DNA of 37,325 bases, taken from positions 1 through 37,325 of the forward strand of contig NIVC01004709.1 in the NCBI GenBank assembly GCA_002269645.1, read 5' to 3'. The position numbers and the translations under genes were made by a program. This document shows positions 1 through 10,201 of this stretch, in pieces. The stretch's first letter is position 1. Each line of letters begins with the position of its first letter. Origin of the DNA: Macrostomum lignano (taxonomy: Eukaryota). The notes under the pieces were generated by a model that was not told the DNA's origin, searched no databases, and saw nothing but the letters and a program-made list of their open reading frames with translations.

Positions 1-146
<146 letters not shown>

Positions 147-276
147 CCCTGTAAGTATGGATATATCAATGAGCAAACATTGTAAAGAAACCCAAAAACA
201 GCTGAATATCAACAGCCTTTATCTGCTGGAATCGCTGGCAATGGCCAGTCAGTCATGGAGGTGACATCAATTTGGT

Positions 277-286
277 TTTATTTATT
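277..286 (-). promoter_or_regulatory. Candidate polyadenylation signals (AATAAA x2) of the neuropeptide gene
   Basis: TTTATT at 277-282 and 281-286 on plus, ~130 bp downstream of the stop at 416. Another occurs at 348-353. Confidence 0.4.
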
Positions 287-415
287 AGGCCTGACAGATC
301 GAGTTGATGATTGGCAAATTATTATTTGTTCGAATTAAGCCATTGGTTTTATTAAGGATAGTAAAAAACAATCCTCCAGCAGCTTTAAAGTTCGAACGGC
401 AGCCTTCATCATCGC

Positions 416-483
416 TCAAGCGGAACCGTCTGTAGACCTGCCCCAGCGGAATTCGTTGCACTCCTTGGCTGCGCGACACGAGT
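416..483 (-). CDS. Vasopressin/oxytocin-type precursor, exon 3 (neurophysin C-terminus)
   Basis: Acceptor ttgcag|AC (phase 1). Reads D-SCRAAKECNEFRWGRSTDGSA*, matching the neurophysin end ESCxxxxxC. Confidence 0.85.
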
Positions 484-641
484 CTGCAATTGTTTAACCA
501 ACGTAGACTATTCAGAGGACTTCGGGCTGTGTATAAACTACTGAGCGAATGTGCAATGACAGTTTGCGAAATGGACTAAGACTAATCACGAACAAAACCA
601 AAGCCAGTGCACACGGCACTCAGCCCCGGTTATCAACGCAC

Positions 642-878
642 CAAGGTCGCAGCAGACGCCAGGAGCGCGGCAGCGGCGCCGCGCTCCAAAGTGCACCGCG
701 GCAGACTGCGCCGACAAGTCAGCCGGCCGAGAAAGGCCGCGCATCTCGTCGGCTCCCGCGCAGTCCTTCCTGGCCGCATTTCCCACGATGCAGCCGAAGT
801 TGCCGCAGCAGAGGCTGCGACCGAGGCAGACGCCTTTGCCGGATCCGCAGGATGGTTTGCAGGCGCTCAACTGCTTGC
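642..878 (-). CDS. Vasopressin/oxytocin-type precursor, exon 2 (neurophysin core)
   Basis: Acceptor acgacag|GC, donor CTTG|gtgcgt, phase 1-1, 237 bp. GKQLSACKPSCGSGKGVCLGRSLCCGNFGCIVGNAARKDC...RCRAPGVCCDL aligns with neurophysin [20 protein letters not shown]..GCFVG....RC...RCAA.GICC. Confidence 0.92.
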
Positions 879-1198
879 CTGTCGTGCGAGTGAAATTCGT
901 GCGTGTACAGTTGTTTGTCTACCAATGTGTGAACTCCACAGCATTAAAAAGTCGCCACCTTAGAGAGTGCGCAGTAGATTCTAGCTCAGTATTGACTTTT
1001 GAGTGACGAGGGATTGGGAAGAGCGGAGGACGAAGATTGGATGGATTGAAGCTTCCACCCGGTTTTCATTGTTTTTTCAAGCATTAATATCAGAATGGTT
1101 GGCCAGGTGATAGACGCAAAGGGGCAAAGGGTGGCGCGACTTTTTTTAATGTTGTTGAGTTTATTTGGGGGCCATGGTTCACCGTCCCATCCTCCCAC

Positions 1199-1287
1199 AT
1201 TCTGCCCATTCCGCTGACTCCTGAACGCGTCAATACTGTACGCAGGCACGCACTCATACACACGCTCACACAGAGTGTACAGCGGCC
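1199..1287 (-). repeat. Dispersed short repeat, copy 1 (SINE/MITE-like fragment)
   Basis: Reverse complement gctgtacactctgtgtgagcgtgtgtatgagtgcgtgcctgcgtacagtattg...caggagtcagcggaatgggcagaat matches 32144-32242 and 6051-6104. Confidence 0.75.
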
Positions 1288-1704
1288 GCGTCGGACCAGG
1301 TGTCATGGCGCAAAATCGGACGCGTCTAGCACTGAACTTCTCTGCCCGCGAAATTGTAAGCATTCGTCAGCGCCTATCTTTTGTCATCAAGTTTGATCAT
1401 TGCTCTGTAGTTACACGAGCTATCGGAAAAATTTTCACCTGCCACACGAGGTCACGACACTTTCAACTCTTGCGGAGAGAAAGAAACCCGATCAAATTAA
1501 TAGCTGCTAAGGCTTGAATGAGGCAACCGTGATTTCCACCTGATGTGGATTCAAGCAGACTGGGATTGAGGGCGAGAATGTCTAGGATATTCACTGGCTA
1601 ATTAATTTCATTTTCAATCTTCTGTATCACGGAGGGCGAGAAAGGCAAAGCACCAGAACTTCAACGCTTTTGTTTAGCTTGACAGTTTGTACAAATTAGC
1701 TCTT

Positions 1705-1998
1705 ACTAGTTCACTCACTAGTTTCACTCACTCACTAGTTTCACTCACTAGTTTCACTCACTAGTTTCATTTACTAGATTCACTCACTAGATTCACTCAC
1801 TAGATTCACTAGTTTCACTCACTAGTTTCACTCACTCACTAGTTTCACTCACTAGATTCACTCACTAGTTTCACTCACTCACTAGTTTCACTCACTCACT
1901 AGTTTCACTCACTAGTTTCACTCACTAGTTTCACTCACTCACTAGTTTCACTCACTCACTAGTTTCATTCACTAGTTTCACTCCCTAGTTTCACTCAC
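1705..1998. repeat. 13/17-bp minisatellite (actagtttcactc[actc]) at the 5' end of neuropeptide intron 1
   Basis: Direct tandem repeats abutting the splice donor. Confidence 0.95.
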
Positions 1999-2125
1999 CG
2001 GGAAAGCTTCGCTTCTTGCCACCAGGTGGGCAGTTGGCAACAAAGCAGAGCTCGCACAGGTGGCAAGCGGCCAGCAGCAGGGCGAGCAGCCTCACCCAGG
2101 ACTTGGCATTCAGCAGTGCAGCCAT
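1999..2125 (-). CDS. Vasopressin/oxytocin-type precursor, exon 1 (signal peptide + nonapeptide CFVANCPPG + GKKR)
   Basis: ATG at 2125. Translates MAALLNAKSWVRLLALLLAACHLCEL-CFVANCPPG-GKKR-SFP, then donor CCG|gtgagt in phase 1, compatible with exon 2. Nonapeptide at 2047-2021. Confidence 0.93.
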
Positions 2126-2301
2126 CAAGAGAACAAAGGTGGATCGAGTGACAAACAGTGACAATCGGATGGTTTCTGAAGAGGAGCTTCCCTAAAATTT
2201 GATAGATGAGCAGCAACTGACTCAATTTTCTGCCTCAGCAACAGGTTTGCAGTAGAAGGAACAGTGGGGTCTGCGCTCTCAGCCCGCGCCCGTTGCCGTC
2301 G

Positions 2302-2327
2302 TATTTATTCACGGCCGGTGGGCCAAT
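2302..2327 (-). promoter_or_regulatory. Possible core promoter of the neuropeptide gene (CCAAT box + TATA-like TAAATA)
   Basis: GGCCAATGA at 2321-2329 and minus-strand ATAAATA at 2308-2302, ~180 bp upstream of the ATG. Confidence 0.3.
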
Positions 2328-2415
2328 GAGATTCGTCTGAAATAGAAATTTTAATAACCCTCTTCTAAGCATTTAGTCTTAAAAATGACGATATTATGGC
2401 CTTCCGAAATCGTGA

Positions 2416-3226
2416 ATCAGTGACACTGCATTCTTATCAGTGACACTGAATCCTTATCAGTGACACCGCATTCTTATCAGTGACACTGAATCCTTATCAG
2501 TGACACCGCATCCTTATCAGTGACACCGCATCCTTATCAGTGACACCGCATCCTTATCAGTGACACTGCATCCTTATCAGTGACACCGCATCCTTATCAG
2601 TGACACCGCATCCTTATCAGTGACACTGCATCCTTATCAGTGACACCGCATCCTTATCAGTGACACCGCATCCTTATCAGTGACACTGCATCCTTATCAG
2701 TGACACTGCATCCTTATCAGTGACACTGCATCCTTATCAGTGACACTGAATCCTTATCAGTGACACCGCATCCTTATCAGTGACACTGCATCCTTATCAG
2801 TGACACTGAATCCTTATCAGTGACACCGCATCCTTATCAGTGACACCGCATCCTTATCAGTGACACTGCATCCTTATCAGTGACACTGAATCCTTATCAG
2901 TGACACCGCATCCTTATCAGTGACACTGCATCCTTATCAGTGACACTGCATCCTTATCAGTGACACCGCATCCTTATCAGTGACACTGCATCCTTATCAG
3001 TGACACTGAATCCTTATCAGTGACACCGCATCCTTATCAGTGACACTGCATCCTTATCAGTGACACTGCATCCTTATCAGGGGCATTTAATGATTATCAG
3101 TGACACTTCATCCTTATCAGTGACACTGCATCCTTATCAGTGACACTTCATCCTTATCAGTGACGCTGCATCCTTATCAGTGACACCGCATCCTTATCAG
3201 GGGCATTTAATCATTATCAGTGACAC
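2416..3226. repeat. 20-bp minisatellite (atcagtgacac[t/c]g[c/a]atcctt), ~40 units
   Basis: Direct tandem repeat with period 20. Confidence 0.97.
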
Positions 3227-3327
3227 CACACCCTATCTGTACCAAGCCCCCACATGAAATGGCAACTCTTGAAATGAATTTTTGCCCCTCAAATGAAATG
3301 CGCCACTGGCAGTAATCATGCAGCAGC

Positions 3328-3418
3328 GAGCTACGAAACTTGCCCGCCGGAACTTTGCCCGCCGAAGTTTGCCCGCCGACGTTTGCCCGCCGAAGTTTGC
3401 CCGCCTAAGTTTGCCCTG
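3328..3418. repeat. Short 16-bp tandem (tttgcccgccgaa[g/c]..), ~5 units
   Basis: Five to six recurrences of ttgcccgcc at ~16-bp spacing. Confidence 0.8.
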
Positions 3419-6050
3419 CTGCAGCAATTCAACAGTAACGTTGTTGAATTATTTGATAAACATTCGTCGAGTGCAGTTTTCAATTTCGAAGGAATTTGTC
3501 AGCAAGTTCACACATGCGCGGCCAACATTTTTGGAAATTCGGATTCGCCTAATTAGAGACCTGTCTTACGAGTACATTTGTACATTTGAAAGTATGGCGA
3601 GAAAGCTTATTTATATCATCAATTATCAATACTTTATCAATATGGTACGTTAGGCTGACCTATAAAACGACGGTTTGTTAATTATGGAGATCAATAGTGT
3701 CATATGTACATGTAATCAGTGCATCGATGCATGCAAGGATGGCCTCAGGACTTCCTTCTGACGTCTCAAAAGCTTGGGTGCGAACACGCCTGCATGACAA
3801 CTGAATCCAAGACGCCAGGCGTCCCGTACAGCAAACCAACGTTGGCGACGTCGGACGAATTTCACGACGTCTAATCGAAATCGCGGAAAAATATGTATTT
3901 TACATTACACCTACATCCAGCTGACGACGTCGGATTATTGTACGGGCGGTACAGGGAACTAGACGAAACACGCCCCTGTGTCGGTTGACTCGGCGCTGAT
4001 GATTTGGCCTGCCGGTTGAAGCCGCCGACGGCGCAAGAAGATTGCTTGGTCGGACGAAACCGACGATCTCGAAGGCGGCTTGCTGAGCTCACAGCAAAAT
4101 CACTTTAGAATTGTTAAAAGTGGGTTTTTACGACTCAAAGCCACATGTAACGACAACTTAAAGTAATGTGATAAGATAGTTGGCATGAGAGGCTTTCAGG
4201 ACAATTTTACTGCCTCCATAATCACATATTAATTCTATCTGTATTAACCCGCCATGAAATCAGCAAAGGGAAAATTATCCTGTTAAAAGATTTTTGAAAT
4301 AAGACGTCGACCCACTTTTTACCGAAAAATCGACCCCAAAGTAACCTCCGATACTTAAAGTGCCGGAAGTTTGCATAACACTGTTTATAATAAAAGCGGT
4401 AATACCGAATTTAGTGTAATCATTACTATATAATAAGAGTATTAAAAATACAGCAAAAAATTGAAGTAAAATAATAGGTAAAACTTAGAGTAGCATCTTT
4501 TTAAGTGATGTTTATTTAATTTCTAATTCGAAAAGTAAAAAAAGCGTGCTTTAGGCCAATCAGCTCACTCACTCGACCAAGACCTGATCAATTTAAGTAA
4601 ATGCCATCAGTGTCAATGTTACCTGGTAAAGGTGCAGGACTCAGGAGCTTGTGGTGTTCGTTTCTGTACGTCGTATTTACAAGATTTTTTACTTGTTTAT
4701 GCATTATTACTAGATATTTTCTTTTTGTTTGTATGCTTTTTGTGTAATATTTTCTGCACACACAAGTTTGCTTGCTAGTTTCGCATTCATACTTTGGTCT
4801 CAAAACATTAATATTATTAGTTTTCATTGATTCAATTACTTCAAACAATTTATGACTGAATGTCTCTTAGCATTTAATTTATTGTATTGACCATTTTTGT
4901 AACAAGTTAGAAACTAATGCTCTAAAGAGGGCAATATAATATTCTACATTCAATATATGCATAAATTAAATGCAAAAACCTCAATAGATTTTTTTCACAT
5001 TCTATAAATATAAGATTTAGTTTTCCTAGTATAAGCTTAATTTTAAAATAAGACATTGCTAATATCTGGGATAGATATTAGATAACTTATAAATTTTATT
5101 TTATGCTTTCAAATTTTAAATATCTGGAATTGTTTTATTTAAGACAGAACTTATAGCCTAATATTTAACTTTCATATTGCCTAGTATAAACAATACAGAA
5201 TTTTTTCTTTAAAATCATTAAAAAAATAGGTATAGCTATAGTTTGCTAACTTCTATTTACAAAGACAGATCACTTAATGTATCTATATCTAAGCTCCTTA
5301 TTAGCTTTTGCATTTAAAACTCTACCTTGGCATATATAAAATAGTTCTAAATTGACAAGAATTTGTAAAGGCATATTAATCTAAACCAGTTTAAAAAAAC
5401 AAAATAAAATGTTTTATTTAGCAAGATAGATTAGTTTTAAGATGGAGTAAGAAAGCAATTTTTAATAAATAAACTAAGTATTTTCGTAATTATTATACTT
5501 TGGAATCTTTTATCCATAGTGCCTATAAGCTTTATATCAAATTAGTTTCCTTTCTATTATGCTGCTTAACATTCTTATCCTGTATAATATTTTATCCCCT
5601 TAGGCAATGCCACACCATGTCATATCACCATCCTGCGTAAGTTCATTTTCATTTTCTAGAGATGTTATTATTCAGAAATTCCAGGGTTCAAGAAGGACAA
5701 ATTGAGCAAACAAACATAGCAGTAGAGGGGATAAGAAATTTACTTGCTCCCCTGGATTTCTGCTTGCTCAGTCTGGAGTTTCAACAATTGGCTTTATTTT
5801 GGCAAGATTTTTGTGTTTTTATCTTTCTGTTTTTTTTTATTTTGTCTCACTGGCCCGCTCAATATCTGTAAAGAGAGGCTTAGTGAAGCACAGTAACTCA
5901 ATGCAACTGACTCTTGCGCCACAACCCCTACTTTGATTGCGTGTGTGGCCACATTCATCTGGGGCTTGTGCACCAAAAATTGACCATGACAAATGTGCTG
6001 CTATTCACATCCATGAGAGCCGATTCCTGTACATTTGCCTGAAGATTCAT

Positions 6051-6104
6051 GTCAGGGCGGCTGTACACCCTGTGTGAGCGTGTGTATGAGTGCGTGCCTG
6101 CATA
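6051..6104 (+). repeat. Dispersed short repeat, copy 2
   Basis: gtcagggcggctgtacaccctgtgtgagcgtgtgtatgagtgcgtgcctgc, near-identical to copies at 1231-1287 (-) and 32141-32190 (+). Confidence 0.75.
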
Positions 6105-8951
6105 GAACAGGCAGAATTTCCGTTGGCGCTGGTTGTAAGACGATGTTGCCTAAGGCATGTCGCCAGGGTGCCCACAGCCCTGCCAATATTTATTTGTCTA
6201 TAAAGTCTAAATTTGTCTGATGCTCTAAAATTTGTGACGAATTTTACACACGCATTATTAAAGTACGCGGCTCGACTATTATAAGTGTATTTTAGGGGAC
6301 TTTTGTAAAAAGCGAGAGAATTAACGCTCCCTCAAATCGCAGCGTCCAACTTTGCTTCCCCTTCTTTCTCGCTCTCTGGGGGATTCCCATCGAATTTTCT
6401 TCTGCACTCGCTCTCTCCCTCCTGTCTAGTTTTTTGGTTTCTCCCACCAGACTGTGTAGGTTGCATTTATAAGGGAGGCCAGAGCTAGGAATTGCTGGCA
6501 CACTTTTATAGTAAGATTTATTGCTGACCGCACGCTGGTGTTAGCTGGATGGCAGGAGGGAGGGAGGAGAGAGAGAGAGCGAAGGCGGAGCGGATTATTT
6601 GGAATGGGCTACTGCTGTCTTGCCTGCTTATTCCTGGCTAGATTCCTGGCTAGATAGCTAGGCCTGGCTAGATAACTAGGGGCTGTTTTAATTGCCTGTT
6701 TTTTGTTCGGTTTCAGTTACGAGCGTTGACGCAGGAAGCGTGCCGTCGCCGTTATTTTCTGGTACGAGTATCGTTCGAATCTTAGTCTCCCGGGATCTCC
6801 CTAGCGTGATCAATCCATTCCGTGGATATTCGTTTTTTTCTAGATAGCTACTCAACCTGTCGAACGCCTCTCTTTCTGGCCTCTCTGCCCTTAGACCCTC
6901 CACGGGTTGTATGTAAATATTTTAAACGCCTGCAGCTTTAATCTATGTCGGTTTGAGTGGTGGCTGCAGTTGCAGTTTAAAGCTGATCATGGAAGGGAAG
7001 CGCCTTGCATTTTCGTTTACTGTAAACTGCGTACTGCGTACGCTCGTACTGTCATGTCCATGCACAATTTCTCGTCCAAGCACACACACTGCAAGAGTTG
7101 GCGTTAGTGCTGCATCAGATGGCTGCATTGGATGTCCTTAGTGCTGCATCAGCTAATCCCATTGCAGAATCAATCGAGCCCAGAGCTCTGCACCAAACAT
7201 GCACTCAGTTACCTGTCTAAAAACAGTGTAAAAATAAAGCTCCTAAGAGAGACATTTAACAGGTTTACTGAATTATTTATTGTTACGAAATTTTTGCAAA
7301 TTGTATCGAGTACGACGTTCTTTAACTTTTTTACTTTGTTTTAATTTAGCGGATGGTTAAATATAATCGGAGGATTTTGTCTGAACTGCATACGATTGAT
7401 CTGCGCAATAAAAATTTGCCGAGTCTATTTACTCGTATAATGCACAGAATTTGCGCTTCTTATCTTATGCCAAATACCACTTATGCGTCGGCTAAAGGCA
7501 GCTGAGCCCTTTTGAGCTACGGGCATCGTGCTTCATAAAAAACTGTTGCCGAAAGCTCAGATGTAGCAGCACTGGTTGCCAACCCAGACGGGGGGCGGGG
7601 CGATTTGGGAGGATTTTTTGTACAGTAATCCCGTCACCCTGTTGGCCGGCAGAGCTGCCTATACTCTTTTTCTCGGTCTCCGGTTCTGCCTCCGAACCGC
7701 CCCCGCAGTATCTATGCTCTTTTTTGAGCGATTTTCTTACTGTTCACCCTCCAATTGGTTTCTCTTCTCCCTGCTTTCCTATGTGCACTTATTTCTTATC
7801 TATCTCTCCTCGCCGCCTCAGCACTCCGGACGCGTCAATAGCTGGTCTTGCCTTCGACAGTCTCTCTCTCTCTCCCTACCCTCAACTGGAATAGAAGCGC
7901 TCGGCTTTTTCCTACTTTCTGGGCAAAAAAAATCCTATCAGATTCGTAGATGTAGCTCGCTGTCTGCAATGTATATCTACGAGTATATATCTATCTAATG
8001 AGGGGAGGTATTAGCAGCGAGAAAGAATGGAGTCTGAGTTAGGGAATTAGGTAGCCTGTTTAGTTGAGTTCATTCAAATCTATGCAAAGTTTACAGTCAA
8101 AAAATGAGCCAACCCGATGGACCGATTCAGACGGTAGATACTTCCCGCGCCGCCTCTCCCCGTGTCTTCCCACGCATCTATTCCAAATTTTCCATTCGCA
8201 CCTTTATAGACGCATTGCCTGTCAGATGCAGACTCGGAGCCGAGCTATTGCGTGACGTATGACGCTGACGGATTTCTATTCTATGAGGAGTGGGCACTCG
8301 ATGGCATGGAAGTCTCCGATAAGCTATATGCTGATACTCTCTCTCTCTGCCCATTCAGCTCAGCTCACCTCAGTTTTCTCGCCTTGCCATCAGTATGTGC
8401 CAGATAGCATTGCCCGGGTATTGAATAGACGGGCGTACGGAGGGATCTAGGAAAGGAAGCTGGAAGCCAGTATAGAATTATAAGTGGTGCTCTGAATTGA
8501 CGTTAGGAAATGAAATGCTCTCCACATCTCCCCTTGTCTTTCTCTCAGACTCAGTCCATTCGTGAGCGACTCGATTGCGCGACTGCTGCGCAGTTTCATA
8601 TCTGCGCGTCACCCTATTAGTTAATAGAAAACACCATTGCTTTCCTATTTTTCTGTCCCTAGAACTGGCCCGCATCACGCTTGCTTCTAATACGAGCTAT
8701 TGGAATCGGGGGCCAGCCAGTCCGTTAGTCTGAGGGCTTCCGTCCCTAATAGCGCATTTAATCCATGCTATTTTCTCCCATTGCTGAGTCTGCAACCCGT
8801 TCAACATTCCAGGCGCCGTGATAGAAAAGTGGCCGCCTAAAGCGGGGCGCCGTCTTTTTGGACAGCACACAGCGCGAATCAATTGTGACATATAGACAGC
8901 AGTAGCAAACTCAACTCTCTTCAATCTCAGTCAGTCACGCCAGCCCGTTTC

Positions 8952-10060
8952 ATGGCTGCTCAGCAGCATGCGGCTTCCGCGGAGCCAATGCAGCCGCAGC
9001 CGCCAGCTGAGATGGTCGACCTAGCAACCAGCTTGAGCGACCGTGAGTTGGTTAGGCGGATGTCAATCAAATGGCGCGACGCCGGCCGGCTAAAGGTGCG
9101 TGAGAAGCGGACTGGGCCAACCGCGCCCAACTCGGCAGTTTGCAGCCCAACGCCGGGGCAGAGGTTGCCTAGGCAACAACAGGCACTGGCGCAGCACCAA
9201 GAACATCAGTCCACATCGCACAGACGGCGTTCGTTGATGCGCCAGCTGTCTGACATCGCTGACGGTGGCAATGGCAGCAGCGGCGGTGGCACTGGTGAAA
9301 GTGGAGTCGTCTTCGAACTCGGGCGGCGTGGGCCTCCGGCGCGGCACAGGCGCCAAATGTCGGTACCATCGACTGCTCAGGCGGCTGCTGCGGCTGCCGC
9401 AATGCAGCTTCTGCCGCCGCAACAGCCGACGATGCCGAGGCCAGTGGAAGATTGACATCCGTCGGTGACGACTCCGTTGAAGGCATTAAGGACAGCGCGG
9501 CGCCGGGACCGGAGTCACAGACACAGACGGAGGTGGCTGAGCCATCAACAGCGTCGGCTACCAAGGACGACAACGCCAACGACAACAAGGACATCTTTGA
9601 AAACGACGACTCTTCTTCGGTTGTGTCATCATCCAGGTCGCAGGCACCGGTGACGACCGGCGCCGATGGGTCCCAGGGCTCGCCATCGGCTCGGCACTTG
9701 CACACGCCGTCCTGTCTGAACCGGCCTGGCTCGTTCAGCTCACCATTGACCCCGTAGACATTGATCGGCTTAGCCAGTACTCGCTATACATGGTGCACGA
9801 TGCTAGGTTCTACTTTCAGCATCCCTACCTGCGCATGATCTGCACTTTACTAGTCGTTTTTCTTAACTTCCTAATCTACGCCGAGGATCCCATAGCCGAC
9901 TCGTCGCAGGTGTGCAGCATCCCCGTGTTAGGCAACGTGTTCGCATTCGTTTTCAGCCGGTATCCGCCCAACGCATGGAGCCTGCTCAAAGTGATCATGT
10001 GGCTGCTGGGAATCCTGGTTGGCATCATCGCTGGAAAACTGTGTCACGTATTTGTGTTCA
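8952..10060 (+). CDS. TMEM117: TMEM117 homolog, first coding exon (long low-complexity N-terminus with two apparent -1 frameshifts at ~9452 and ~9751; conserved part from ~9751)
   Basis: DARFYFQHPYLRMICTLLVVFLNFLIYAEDP...LLKVIMWLLGILVGIIAGK matches TMEM117 FRYYFQHPWSRMIVAYLVIFFNFLIFAEDP. Donor TTCA|gtgaga, phase 1. The start at 8952 is inferred by bridging the frameshifts; alternative start ATG 9790. Confidence 0.8.
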
Positions 10061-10201
10061 GTGAGACTGTCTTAAGTCAAACTCTTTGCTTATTTGTTTA
10101 AATTGTTTAGGTGAAGTGGCAGAATCATCGGCAAATTCGCTGGGTGGCTAAAAATATCCAAGATGTATTAAACAAGAATTGTACAAACCTACAACTTTCA
10201 G

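Noticed and set aside
586-870. ORF-track 94-aa protein as a standalone gene
   Set aside because: It starts at TTG and runs into intron 2. It is exon 2 of the spliced neuropeptide precursor.
10111-10201. Upstream in-frame extension of TMEM117 exon 2 (MKWQNHRQ...)
   Set aside because: It lies within the 10061-10201 intron. Splicing restores the alignment GKLCHVFVF-N-RWFRLKMF.
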